Assembly: GCA_013115125.1 (NCBI GenBank)
Contig: JABANN010000031.1
Location: 1-64,000, forward strand
Length of the DNA stretch: 64,000 nt
DNA from: Perkinsus olseni
Taxonomy: Eukaryota
Direction: 5' to 3'
The notes under the pieces were generated by a model that did no database searches, was not told the origin of the DNA, and saw only the letters and a program-made list of their open reading frames with translations. A program made the translations under genes and the position numbers. Shown here piece by piece: positions 22,196-36,220 of the stretch (positions are counted from its first letter, which is position 1; each line of letters begins with the position of its first letter).

Positions 22196-25100
22196 TTACA
22201 CACGACTAAGTACAACACGACTCAAGAGTTCAGAAATCGATCTATTAGGTAGCATGCTCAGTCGGCCAGAGCTGGGGTTGTGCGAGGTCGGCCACATCGA
22301 GGTCTTGACCCGGCTGAGCAGCAGCACGGTTCTCCTTGGCCTCCCCGGTAACGGTGCCCGAACCTGCACGAGAGAGATGCAAGCAGGTGAGGATACGACG
22401 TACGGCACCTTTCACTCTATCAGCGTCTCGCGCTTTCCTCTCTTTAGTCCGCCGGTGTCCTCGGGCAGAAGAATCCCTAGCAGTATGTCGGAAGAGATCG
22501 TGCGGCAAAGCGGGGTCTGCGTAAGCACTGTAACTGCCAACCACGAGAGCTGATACCCCATACTCAGCCGTAGCAACTACCTCACTGCACTGCCGCCAGC
22601 TGGGAAAGCTGGCGCGTTGGTTAGGGCCAGGGTACTTTGGCCGTAGGTGGCGTGCAGTAGGCGCCTCTCCAACCTAAGCAGGGCACCTGCACCGGTCAAA
22701 CCAGCAGCCTCTGCGTCTACTCGGCGATCCGCTGCTCATAGGAGCTCTTCGACTCGGAAGCTCGCCTCTCGATGTGGCCCTGTAGTCGGACCAACTGCTT
22801 CAGTTTGTCATTGGTGGTGGAAACTTTGGTATCTGGCTGAGTGCTCCCAGGCGAATTCGTCTTGGCAGCGCTGAGCTCACGAGCTTCCTTCACTTTCTGC
22901 TTGTTCTTTGCCTGCATCTTCTTGGCATAAGAACGAGTCCGCCGAAGCTCCTCCGCCACAGCTTGCGAGTGCCGAGTCATCTCCTATGGCAGAGCAGCTG
23001 TATCAGTAACAACTGCTGTGAGTAGCCGATTACTCGATTATTGTACAACCGCGGCCTACCACCGCACGAGGATATACACGTCGGATTAAGTCTGCAACCA
23101 AGAAGGCTACAGCGGGTGGGAGCCTACGAGAAGTTCCATCCTCGTTTGCTGCGCCTCCTGAGCCCATTGCTCGGCATCTTGAACCGCCTGGTGCCTCTCA
23201 TAGTCATCTACGAGCAGGCAGCTCCTCAGAGTCGTCCGGGCCCACCCTACGGGCCCTGCTGAGGTCCTTGAGCTCGGCCTTCAACGCCTCAATAGACCTC
23301 TCTTTCTCCTCCAACTTCTCCACGGTGTTGGTCAGCTAACACAGACGTACGGCGCTGTGAAGTCGAGGACCCACCAGAGGCAGCGGGTCGGCAGCATCGC
23401 AGAGGCGAGCGTCCGGACGCAAGGACCATACATGAGCGAGAGTCTCTCGGTGCTTAGACTGCAGCAGAGAGTAATCCCGTGCCATCTGCTCGAACTCAGC
23501 AGCCCTGTCCTCCGCAGCCCTCAGCTGGGCCCTTGCTTGCTCCAGTGAGCCGGCCATAACCACCGCCTAGACCGTCCAGACATACCGAGAGTCTCGCTGC
23601 CTTCATCTACCTTATCCTCCTTCTCGGCCACTTCTCGGTGACTCCTGTCTTCCAGTGACCGCAGAGCGGCCTCGAGCTGAGGGCGTCAACGCCTCAGCCT
23701 CCTCTCTAGGACAGGCTCGCTCACCTCGCTCACCGTCTGCTTGGCCTCCGCGCAGGCTGTGTTCATACCAGCGAGTCTTCTGTGGAGCTCGCAGACCTCC
23801 GCCTCGTGGGCCACAGTCACTCGAGCCTTACCACAAGCAATGCAACATTATACCACCACTCCTGCTGTCTCACCGATTCCTCATTGAACTTGCCCTGGAT
23901 AGCCTCGACTTTCCGCTCAGCCTCCCTCACTTGCTCGGCCGCCCTGTTCACGTGCTCGCAGCATTCTTGGCACTTCCGATCAAGCTCCTTCTCAAGCCGT
24001 TCAACGCAGCCTTCCTGTGCACTGAGTTTAGATCGGAGCTCGACCTACATCAGAGAGAGTTGTGATGCGCCTTACGTACCCCCGCTGGCGCCACCAGGAA
24101 TGGATCACCTGGGTCTGTCCCCCAAGTTAAAGGCGTCGCAAAAATAGTCACCCCTACCATTTCCCTTTCCCTCTCCTCCTTCAGCGCCTTCTTCTCCTCC
24201 TCGTGGGCCTTCCTGATAGCTGCGACACTGGCTTCCAGTCGCTCCTGAGGAGGCAACGACGTCCACGGCTCCAGTCGCTACTGAGGCCGTACAATCTCTC
24301 TAGCCCGCCTCGCGCTTTCTTCGGTCAGAGAGACATTTGCCCTATCCGTCTTCGCCTTCTCCGCCAGAGCGTCCCTGGCCTCCTTTCCCTTCTGCAGTAT
24401 CTCCTGCCGCTGTGCCTAATGCAACCACGGCGTGATATACCCTAGGCGATCGGCTGCCCACATCGATTCTGGCCTGCAGGTTGGATACCGTCTCCTCATG
24501 TTGCCCCTTCAGCGACGACACTAGATTGGTGCCCTCCTGACCATAGTAAATGGACCGAGTTTCCATCATCACCTTGCCTTCATCTTAGCCCCCATCTCCA
24601 ATATCTGTGCCTTGAGCTTCGGGATCATACTCGCCTGCTCGGCGTATCGCTTCGTCTCCAACTCGGCCTCTCTCAGCCTCCGGTGCAACTGCAGACGAGT
24701 TGTCGAAGTGAGACAAGCGGTTGGTGGTGATTGTTCTACCGTCTCTTCCTCGCCCCGCGTTTCCTCCCGAGCCTTCTTCAGTGCCGCATCGGCCTAATCA
24801 CGCAGAGAGTCCACCCAGTCACCGTTGAACCAGGCTATAGTAGTACATCTTGTCGCTCCATCGCAATGTGTATCCTCTCCTGATCGAGCTCCCGTTGCAG
24901 CTCTGCGCACCTCTGTCTACTGCTCGCCAATTTCGATTCAAGTGCGGCCATTTTGCGGTTGTATCTAACGCTGATATCGGTCGCCATGACGCTGTTGTTT
25001 GTGGCGTCGATTCTTTTCCCGTCACGACGATTTCTCAAGGGTGGTGACCGTCCTTTCGCGTTCGGCACCAGGAATGCATCAACATTGCTCCACAAGCGAC

Positions 25101-25866
25101 TGTTCTCAAGTGTGTCACCGCGAGAGTAGAACATACCAATCATTTCGCATCTTCATCATTCTATTCCCCCCAGGTCCGTTCCTATATGAATCCTCCTTGG
25201 GTGGTATTACAATTTTCCCATCAGTCTTTCTTGCGATACGCTACCACACTCACTCGGTCTCCAAGTCGCTGGCCATCTTCAGCTTCTCTGCGTCAATATC
25301 TTCCTGAGTCGTAACTAATTTGTGAAGCCGCCGCATCTGAAAGGCGGAGCGAAGCCAAAAAGGACACCAGGAACAACACGTCCGGGGTGGGGAGACATCA
25401 TCGGGCGTCACCACCACGTCGTCGACGAATTCAGCCCAGGAACCCTACCCGTACTTCATCCGCCTGCGCCTCGAGTTGGATTTTCCACCGCTCTCTGGAA
25501 TTCTTCTGCTCCTGGCATGCTCTCTCCAACTCTCCTTGTGTGAGGCTCAACTGAGTTCATCATCAAGGCAGCCGTGCTTGGCTGCGGCGAGAGGCTGGGG
25601 CCTCCTCCCTCACCTGCTCTTCGACCTCCGCTAGGCGTCGTTGCAGTGCTGAGTTCTCGGCCACCACACTATCATTATAGGACCGCAGCTTGTCCAGCCT
25701 AACTAGCAGCATCTCTGCACTCCCTTCATCCCATGTATCCATACTTGTCCTTGAATAGCTCAACCGTTTCTCCTGCCTCCGCCAGCTGCCTCTGCTTGCC
25801 CTCCAGCTGCCCCAGCAAGTGGGCGTAATCGCCCTCGTTATCGACTTGCTCGTTGTGTGGGTGCAT
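22196..25866 (-). CDS. Large coiled-coil hypothetical protein (multi-exon)
   Basis: Many E/K/R/L/A-rich heptad exons, e.g. LEQARAQLRAAEDRAAEFEQMARDYSLLQSKH and MAALESKLASSRQRCAELQRELDQER. Confidence 0.65.
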
Positions 25867-26193
25867 GAAAGACGTGATTTGACTGCCGGAATTACAGTGA
25901 CGTAATTCTTCGTCACAATTGCATCCAGCCCGCGACAGAATCAGCGATGGGCATACATCGTTAGCCTCATACCTACCTATTATAATTATTACGATAGACG
26001 CTATGAATATCAATACCATATCTATTTACTATTCATAAACTTCATATTTTTTCGACTACCTATATTTATTCCATATTTATGATACACTAAATTCATTAAT
26101 TATCATATGCCTGCCCACTTGATTAACAACACTAGCCAGAAGAAGATAGAAACTGTGTACTCAGTATCTCATCAACGCTCAACACTCTTTGCT

Positions 26194-28213
26194 TCACGCT
26201 GTCGTGGACGGCTTTTTACCGTCTGAAAGGCCGAACACTCTCTCGATTATCCCAATCACAGCTTCTCACCTTTAGCTGCCGATATCTTTTCTGCCTTGGC
26301 CTCGGCCTTCGCCTCTGCCTCAGCCTCACGTGCCTTGTTGGCGATCTTGTTGTTGATGAGGTTGTGCAGGGCTATGGTGGCACGAAGGATCGATCCTAGG
26401 GGGCAAGCACGTCACACGAACGAGGATAGCCGGAAGTGAGTAGTCAGATTTGCTACATCCTAGCTCGATCATTTCCATGTACCCAAACCTCGATTACTTA
26501 CCAAGGTAGATGCAGAGCATGCTGTCGTTGGTCTCCACGTTGAAGGAGCGCATAAGGTCAATATCCTCCTGGTTGTCTCCAGGCAGGTAGTTGAAGATGT
26601 TCTGAACCGAAAGGGCGTCGACCCGCGACTATCGTAAGAGCCTTACCTGGAGGTTGTAGATGATCTGCGCATTAGGGGGGAGCTTGCCGTCGATAACCTG
26701 GCCCAGGTACTGAGCGATCTCATTGATCTTCACCACTAGCGTCCTGAACGAGGCGGTTAACATGTGACTCGAGCAGCGCTAGCACACGAAGCCCACGGCA
26801 GTGACTGCCGCCCTTGGGCACATCTGAGAATACTGGGGAACGCGAATGACTTACTTCAATGCGTTCATCTTGGAGTCCACTCGAGTGGCCAGCGTACTGG
26901 TACTCTGCGTCCTACCACAACAGCAGCGGCGTTACCCTCTCCCAGCAGCAGCATCGACTCACCTGATATCTCGCAACAGGTGCTCTACGCCCACCTCCTC
27001 GGCTTCGAAGGCACCGACAACGGAAGGAAGATGTACGAAGGTCCTACGGGTAAGCGGATCCGCAGAGGCCTGAGGACGACGCGCAAGGACTCTCAAGGTA
27101 ATACAACATCTCTATACACTTCAAAATGGTTCACCGTGAAATAGGTTGCCATTGTTATGGTATAAATCTATGGAGATAAAAATAATTGATAAATCGACGG
27201 AGCGGTAAGACAAGTGAGTATCGAAAACTCCATTCACAGCCACAGACGAGTCGTCACGGTGCGTGTATCGCGAGGGTCAACTAGTAGATTCATGCTCACC
27301 TCTTCAGCCGAGTAGTAGGCCTGCATAGGGAAGTCCCTGGGGTCGAGGTCGCCCTTCTTGACAGTACTGCTGCCACCAGTGACGTCCATGATAAGGAAGA
27401 CAGGCTCCGGGCAGTATCTACGCACTTCACAGTAGGACCGCGTCGAGCACGTCGGCGAGGACGGTCCACTAGTTCCGTGCAGGGCCCCGAGCTTTTCAAG
27501 ACTCGAAAGAAGTGAAGTCGAAGTGGACTCGCTACCGTCGGAAAATCTCGTTGATGGCAAGATCACTGGGTTTGATTCTCGGTCCACTGGAGTACCACCC
27601 AACGACTACTTCCTTCTGTGAGACCTGCACAGCATACACGGTGGAATCTGTTCGATTCCCCTTGCGGTAATCGGGCCCAGCCCTCGAGCTCCTGCCGTTT
27701 CTCACACGGAGCGCGTGACCATTCACAATGTCGTCAACACTGAAGGCTTTCATCGAGCGACCCAGAAACGCGCAGCGGGAAAAGATTGCGGTCGCCTACC
27801 TTCTTGAACATAGCATACATCTTCTCATGGTAATTATGATCCACAAACCACACTTGAGGGTCTCTAAGGTCCTCCTCGAAGGGCAGGGCAAAGCTGTTAG
27901 TAACATGAAGTTTACCGTCCTGTAGGGAGAAGAAAAATTCCGACCACTGAGGGACTGGCACGACAGGCCTACCAGCATCTGGCCCAGCAATGTACCCACA
28001 ACGCGTCGAGCAGTTCCCTTGGCGGCTCTATTGTAGTGATCGACTATCGAGAGGAGTACCTGCACAAGTGCTCAACACTGAGCTGCAATCGACTTTGCGA
28101 AGGCCTACAATCGGGTGGACCACGACCGTGGTGTTGATCCGATCGCCAGAGCCCTTGGTGAGGGTCATCTGGCCGACGTCGACTTCCGGCGCTTGCGGTT
28201 TCTTGTCCGACAT
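26194..28213 (-). CDS. RPN8: 26S proteasome lid subunit RPN8/PSMD7 (MPN domain), multi-exon
   Basis: [17 protein letters not shown]…RVVGTLLG…[12 protein letters not shown]…[18 protein letters not shown]…VVGWYSSGP…[10 protein letters not shown]. Confidence 0.96.
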
Positions 28214-28365
28214 GTCAATGTAAAAAGGGGTTCGACAAGCTGAAGAGGCTCACAGAGTATGCGAGTATGGACCGACCCAGCGACAGACAAAACACTGGTA
28301 GGATGAAACAACAGTGACGACGTGAAGTGTGTCAAAAATAATACTACCAGAGGCGCAACTTCATT

Positions 28366-31300
28366 CTAAAAAATTTCCGAATTATCAACCGAACCGAGTA
28401 GGCTCCTCGCCAGGTCTTCCTCTCCAGCTTCCTCTAGCATCCCGGCAACGCGAGCGATCTGTCGCGAGTCGAACCCCGATAAACTGGAGGCCTTGAGGGA
28501 GAGGGGCGACCGGAGAGCCCGAACTAAGGCCCGGCTGAGATCATCAGTAAGGTTGGCATTGTCGTTCCAAGTCGAAGTTGGGCATCTCTTCAGGACTTCC
28601 AGCAGCCTTTCGGTATCGCCCTCGACGAGGTGGGGATCGTCGAGTATCCGCGTTATACATTTACGTGCTACACGAGTCACCACAGTAGATGGCAAGGTGT
28701 CGGGTTCCCACTGGGCAATGGTCTCTTCCGGAGCGACTAATACAGTGTCCATTGGGAACGGTGAGTCGACGATGACATCATCAGAGGCATGAGCCAGCAA
28801 CGTGGTTATCGATTTTTCTATCAGAACCCCCCTTCGGAGGCACCCCACCGCACACCCAACCCTCTGGCTGCACTCGAACTTGTCGAACGCCTCAGAAAGT
28901 GCCACCAGCTGGGTGGTTCCCATGTTGTCGTAGCCAACTCTCTCCGCCCACTCCACGACCCCTCTCTTAGCCTCGGTCGGGCCCATACCCTTGTCCACTA
29001 GAGACAGCAGTACCCCACTCAAGACCCGCCAACTCAGCCCAGCCCATCCAGTAGTCAGCAGAGACATGACGATCTCTCCGCTGAGCTCAACGTAGTCCCC
29101 TTCTGAAACTTCAAGCACCCAGGCGAGCACTACTGTGGCGTCCGCCAGGGGACCGCGTACGGTTTCTGATAGGGCAGGGAAGTCTACTCTATGGAGCGTC
29201 AGGAAACTGGGACCAGTCGCCTCCTCGCCGCTGTCGAGACGCACAGCCGCTGAGCAGTCTTGCAGTAGCCTCTCAATATGAACAACCAACGCTGCCCTGC
29301 TGGCCTCAGCTAGCGTATCAGGGTACCCTACCATGCACTTGGCGAGCGTGATGATGCACTTGAAATAAGCAGACGAGGCTGAAGCTTCCGAGTCGTGTCG
29401 ACTCTCAAAGACCAGCCTTCCGTCATCATCCACCTGCCCAGAAAGATCCGCCCCCCTCCGCTACTCTTCCCTATTACCCCTATGCTGTTCAGGCTCCTCA
29501 CGAGAGCCGTCAACAGGGCGTCAGGGGTGGCCACCAGACTCCGACACAGGCATATCGCAGCGCAATCGCAGGCCACCTCCTGAAGCCACCGCCGCCGATT
29601 ATCCACCTTCGACCTAACCATCATAGGCCTACCTGTATATTAGAGGACGCTGCCTGAAGGGCTGCCCTAATAACCGGTACCACCTGTGCCTCGTACGAGG
29701 CCAGCCGTGGTGATTCCGCGGGGGCGCCATCTCGATGAGCGCTCGAAGCCACGGGGACAACACTGTACTTACGCAGGACCTGATGAACACAAGGGATGAA
29801 CGGCACAACACCCACTTAGTCGCGTCTTGGACGCAGCAGAAGAAGCCCCGCGGAGACAAAAGCACGGATCTGAGACCTACTTGCAGCAACAGCACCAGCG
29901 AGGCTAAGTACAGCGCATTCCAATCGACCGATGGTCCAGCAGCCTTTTCGTCAGCTGAGGAGAAAAAGTTGCCAAAAGAGGCGGAGCGACGCCATCCCTT
30001 ACATGAATTCGCAACAGTGAGTGTGAACCGCAACACCGCCTCTGGAGAGCCCCCATCGGCGGCGTCAACCTCCACGTTGTCAACAACAACGCCTAGAAGT
30101 CTGACGGCCAGAGCTCGAGCCCTAGGAAGCAGCACCGCAGGCCGCGGAGGAGCAACGCTGTCACCTGAAACCACTGCAATATGGAAGACTGTGAGAGGCA
30201 AGGTCGGGCCACCACCTCCTGCTGCTGCTGCTGCTGCAACGGGGCTGGAGGCGTCCTCCATGACCTGCTCTCGCATTGCCTCCAAAAAGCGAGAACGCCT
30301 GTGGCCGTCAGGTCGTCTAAAGGTGTTATCCGAGGCTGCAGCACACGGGCTCTGAGGGGAAGTCACGGCTGACCCTCAGGATAACAGCTCATCGTCATCG
30401 CACCCCCTCGGGACATGAGCCCACTCACCAACGCAAGGCCGCCGAGGACCTCCAGCGCCTCCCCAAGACTCCCCCTCGGCTGGACATGCTTCATACTCCG
30501 CACCAGCTGATCTATCTCCTCACAAAGCCCTTCCTCTCCCCTCACCGCACTGTTGCTATACAACCGAACCAACGCCGGACCCCACTCCACAGCCCCTACT
30601 GGTATGGACTTTTCAGTAAGTTGAAGCAGACACGAAACCGCCTGGCGTCGAGGGCCGTAGTACTCCGAGGTGATCAGCTGCCGACACAGCCGCTGGACCA
30701 CCTCAGGGCTTGACTCTACGCAGGCAACCGAGTACTCCAGCAAACTGGTAGAGACCGTCTCCGAGGTTTCACCTGCCATCAGCTCCAGACAGCGCATTAA
30801 CGTCAAGGACAGGGCAGTGGGAGAGCTTTCTTTGCAGGCCTCGAGAACTCGACTGTGCTGCTCCCATGCGGCACGAGAATCCCAGGACTCCTCGACCAGA
30901 TGGGCCACAGAGAGGCTCAAGGCCCTCGTTCCGCCGTGACGCAGGGCCGAGAGCACCGCGAAGTGCAACCGAGGATTGGTACTGTACGCTAGCCGCGACC
31001 GAGAGCGGCTGAACTCCTCCCAAACATCTACAGTCTCGGTAAGAGCATCCACTGCCAGGCAACCGTTAACTACAGCTTCCTCACGGCAGTCACTCGAGTC
31101 GAAGATCCCACGGACCAGGACCCGAACTCTCTCTGGGAAGGTCGGTGCTACTGCAACTAAGAGCTTCATAATAGCGTTTAAGCGAGCACCGTCCAAAGGC
31201 TTGAGCAGGGCCACCGCCACCAACGTCATCACCTTGTCGAAGCATGCAGCCTCGGACTCGCCGCTATCATCACGTAGAAGCTCCGCTACCTTGACGAGAG

Positions 31301-34300
31301 TCCGCAGCAGAACGACGGAGCGGAGGTCATTCGGAATGACGACCTGCGTCCCCTCCTCCACGCTGGAGAAGTCAACCAAAGGGAAGCTATCTAGCACAGA
31401 CCGGACCATCGTGTCGATGCTCTCCGCCCTCCTCTCACTCACAGCCAGACCAACAGCGAGAGTATCAGAGATCGACCGAAGCAGCTCACGGGCCGCCTTC
31501 GCCTCGTCGCCTTGACCACCACCTTGCTCCATGACGGTCAGCACTGCACCGCTCGAGATCCAATCGCTGGGCGGCACCCCAGCAGGTTCTTCCAACTCCC
31601 CTAGCAGTAGCGAGCCGCCATGGACAGGTACTACTCTGCCACTGACATCCTCCATCAACCCTGCTACTACATCCTCAACCTGAGGCCCATCCAGCAGACC
31701 CCCACCACTCTCCATAACCGTCCGCAGAGTGTCGCAGCAGCAAGACTTGATCTCGGCTAGCAGCCTCATTCCGACGACACACGGGCGAATATCAGACCCC
31801 GTCGAACCGTCTTGGAAGACCCTCAACCTGTCGGGTATGCCGCGGTCCGTCAAGCTTCGTATCAGCTTCGGCTGAGAGTCGTTGATTGGACCCAACGGGC
31901 TTGGCAGGAACTTAAGCAAGTCCATGGTTTCCTTCACAAACCCTACCATCCGCTCGGCAATTCCTAGGACATCCTCAGAAGGGTCGCTGTCCCCGCCTGT
32001 GATAGCTGAGAGGAGACGACGGAGAACCCTCTGGCCCAGCAGCAAGAGAACAAGGTGGTCGTTCAGATTCAACTCCGCGGTAGAGTCAACCTGCAGGCAC
32101 AATAGAGGGCGCAGAGACCGGTAGTCGAGTACCTCGGTGGCATTTCCGAGGGCAGCCGTAGTGATGATCCACTGCTGCAACTCTGAGACGGCGGGCGACC
32201 CTAGAAGGCCGTCCAGAAGGTCCACCACTTGCTGCAGCCTCGGCATGGCGACCCATCGGCAGCGGTCAACAGAGCCACCCAGGCACCCTGAGCAACCTCC
32301 ATTTCCAGTTGGCCGTGAAGTTGAGTCCCTCACCGTCTAGCAGAGTCAGAGCACAGGCAGCCCTGGGCGGGCAAGAGTCGACCCCTTCCCCAAGCCAGTT
32401 CATCGCTATTTCGAAGGCCGTCGTCAGTGTCGTCATGTGAGCAGAGGACGCCTGGGAGCCCGCCAGTTGGCATAACCTGACCGAAGGGAGGGCTGAGCCC
32501 CTGCACCATTGGTCTCCGTACTACCCGAAGAGCTTCCTCCACCCGACCTCCCCCACAGGAGCCTCTTTCCCAAGCAGCCCTACTATCCTATTCGTGAAAG
32601 AAGGATCACACCGCACGATCTCGAGCACCTATACAACACGCCCCGTCGCGTGCGCTTATCACTAATGCTCTTACAGCTGTCAACGCGCTGCTGGCCGCCT
32701 CTGCCGTAACCCCAGCAGGTTCTCTCACATAAGTCATGAGGAGTTCAAGGACGTCTGGCCAGCTCCGGTCCGAGTGGGACCCCGGCACCCCTCCCGCTCT
32801 GATGCAGACCTCTACCAGCCTTAGCATCAGTACCGTCTGGAAGGTCGTCCTCGAGGCCTGCACAACTTCAACTGTCCCTGCAGCGAGAGCAAGCTCCTAG
32901 CACTACCTTGGCATCGCGCAAGCCTTGCACAATATAGTCGAAGACCTCCCCACCTTGACCAAGCTCACTCGCACGCCAGACCAGAGAGCAGCAGCACTTC
33001 ACAAAGACTCCCGCATCACCCCCTTCCGCTACGCCCTCCATGGCCGGATCGCCCGGAAGCCCCAAAAGCGCTTCGAGGACCTTCAGCGGTCTCATCGGGC
33101 CATCTTCCTCCACTCCGCAGCGAGCCATGGTGATCATCACCGCAGCGTTGTTGACTCCTTTGGACTTCAACTTCTTACGCAGGCTATTTAGATTGGTGAC
33201 CCGGGGGTAAAGCACGTCAGCGCAGGCCACACTAGACTCGAGGTCAGCCACTGAAGCCGGGGGTTTGACCAGGGTGTTAATACACATCGAGTGCATAGCG
33301 TCCGACAGCCCCCTCGGGAACAATGCCAAGCAGCGGAAGAGCAACGTGCGGACCTGACAAGGACGGGGTGATCGTCGACACCGCCGCTGCTGCCAGTCAC
33401 TTCAACGCTCATCTCCTTCTCCGCGAGGTGGTTGATGACACAGTAGCGAGCGTCGTCCAATGCGGTGCTCTGATCGTTGAGGAAGCCCGCACCTGCAAGC
33501 GAATAGCTCAGGGGCCTCGCAGCGGCGGATGAGACTTACGTAGGAGCCTCTCCAGCTGAATGCTTGCGTTCTTCCGGCACTCGACGTGGGCCCACACCGA
33601 CTGCCGGCCAAAGCGAGACAGGTGGCGTCTGATGGCTGCAACGAGGTCACGCTGAATAGCCCTGGTCATCGGCAAGCCAACTGAGAGGTGAAAGAGCTCA
33701 CTCAGCAAGAGCGGCTACCTCCCTACCAGTGGTGAGGTCCACTGCTGCCTTCAGAGCAGACATCCTCCTCAGGATTGCCACAGCGCTCTCCACCTCCTTC
33801 GGGAGGGACTCGGCAGCAGCATCCAATAGAGAGGCACAGGCCGCCTCCAACTCCAATGCGTCGCCACCGCCATCAGGGGCCCGCCGAAACCTGGAAAGCA
33901 TCTTAAAAGGTGATTAAGCGACATGTATGAGCACAGCATTCAGGCTACCCAGAGCAAGCTCATACAGCAGAGAGCTCACGCCTTGCCACCCGACTTACGT
34001 GGCCTTCAGTACCGCGGCCGCCAGAGTGTCCACAGCATAGCTCCTCCGCGTAGCCCTGTCACCCGTAGGGGACGTCAACAAGTGCAGACACAACTTGCGG
34101 AGCTGGATCAATGACGACGACTCTACCTAGAAACAAGAGCCTCCCTTGCATCGCTCCACCGGCAATATTCTCACCTCATCCCATTTCGAGAGCAGCAGTA
34201 TCTCCTCCAGTTCTTGAAGCAGATGACAAAGTCTGACAGGCGCAGCGGGGGCGACATTGGACCCCGCCCGGGCCCGAGTCTGAAGAGTCACTATGCAGCC

Positions 34301-34700
34301 CACCGTCACACAGTGTCGCATTAGCCCCACCATCACCGCAGCAGCAGCAGCTTCCCTCTGCCCAACAAGCGATGCCAACAGTGTAATACGATCTTCCAAG
34401 GTCGCGCTGGCTGAGGAACGACACGACTCTCGGAGCTGCAATATTCCGCAAGCCACCTTACAGTACCTTCTAGTTTGATCTCCGCTTCCTCAGTTCGCTT
34501 CATGCTCTCCTCGACAGACTGCGCGATCTCCGTGGGTGCAGCCGCTGCTGTTGGGCAGCCGTTTTTCTGGCTCGTCCCTTCCAATGTGACGCCACCGACA
34601 TCACCAGCATCCGCAGTCATTGAAAACGGACGTGGGCTGATTCCGCGACACTCAGTCGAACTACCCGAACAGTCCATGGGCGGAACCTTCATACAGGCGA
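28366..34700 (-). CDS. Very large alpha-helical HEAT/ARM-repeat-like protein (possibly HEATR5-like; may be two genes)
   Basis: Co-oriented long Leu/Ala/Val-rich ORFs (656, 355, 245 and 158 aa) separated by short introns. Family assignment rests on composition only. Confidence 0.6.
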
Positions 34701-35323
34701 CCCGGGTTCAAACCCTGCTTCCACATTTTTCAGCACTCAGCACAACACCATTACTAGGCATAGCGGAGTATCGTCAGGAGCACGTGAAGGGGATCTTTCT
34801 TAATAAAGTAGCCACCACTGGGCGGTGGACCGAGCTGAGGCCTGACGCTGGCACGGGGCCGAGCCCGCCGGGACCTCCGCGTTTGCAACAACGGCATCGT
34901 CACGTTGCCCCGGCAAATGTTGAAGATCTATTAAACTTGGTTGAAATTCTTACAATCGATTCACCATCATATGGATACAAAATGCGCCACGGCAGGCCGC
35001 TCGATCCACCACTCACTACTACCATGACGTCATAGACGTCATGGCGAGAGCCGCTGAAGAATCGCAAGATCAGCAAGATTAGTGGCAATCACGGCGCCTG
35101 GTTCGATAACCCAATAGTGCACGTAGGAACATAGAACATAGTAATGACAATGGTAGCTAGTTGGATGGTTGTGAAGTTATCAGAATTACACTCAGAATCA
35201 ACGGAAAATTATTAGACTCACCGCTTGCTTGGAAAAGGTACTATTATTTACACACAGAAAATGCTTACGTAAAGATTGGCCTCTTTGAGGCAGCCTGTAG
35301 CCAGTAGCAGGGGTTGATAGCCT

Positions 35324-35732
35324 TTAAACGAGGTAGTACGGTACGTCTTCGGCCGGTCTAGCTGTCGTTATCCCCTGACGAAGGTGGGAAGCCGCCGCGG
35401 TGGCTGCCTCAACACCGTAGTCACCATCATAGGCGATCCCCGCAGAGACAGCTTCAGTAGTGTTGATGGAAGGGGCCACCTCGTCAGCCTCCACCGCTGT
35501 TGCATCCGTAAGGTCCTCAGATAACGGTGAGGGAGTCGCAATCGTTGCTGGCATAACCGGGCGAGATACCGCAGGAGCATACAGCATCTCGTGCATTATG
35601 ATAGCCAGGGACACCGCTACGAATATCACGAACCTACGATAGAGTAGAGCTACTGGATAGCGGTCCTGTCACAAGCACGCGTAACGGCAACATGGCCAAT
35701 TCGAAGATGCCGGGGTAAGGATGAGAGCCCAT
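35324..35732 (-). CDS. Small single-TM hypothetical protein (2 exons)
   Basis: MGSHPYPGIFELAMLP… intron …FVIFVAVSLAIIMHEMLY followed by an Ala/Thr/acidic tail. Confidence 0.5.
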
Positions 35733-36220
35733 TGCAATATAGGAAACCTCCAGTAGTGGAATGACATTGTAATATCGGGAGGGAAAATTTTCTGAATTTG
35801 CGAGGAGGCTGCAAAGGCGTCGCTATACCATATTACGCTGTCAGTATACTTGTGTTGTGGAAATTTCGGGTTCTATCCAGAAGTTAGACCCAGTTAGGTG
35901 AAATACTTAACCTATGCTCACAAGCGTGCCAAGCTTATAAGTATACGAACCACTAAGTAACGGCTATGATACATAACGAAGGCCACAGTCATGCACTTTT
36001 GTCTTACAGCATCCGCCATCTATAGACAGGTGAACTCTAACCCCGTAAGGCACTCTTCATAGCCCAAAGTATGTACATGCAAAATATCATTGCCAAACTC
36101 TAAAAGCTGAACGCATGAGCCCCGTTGAAAGTTTGCCTGTCTTTAGATGGCGGGTACTGTACAAAAAAGAACAATATGACGACGCAGAATGATTCCTACT
36201 CTCTCCTTGACCAGTCTTTA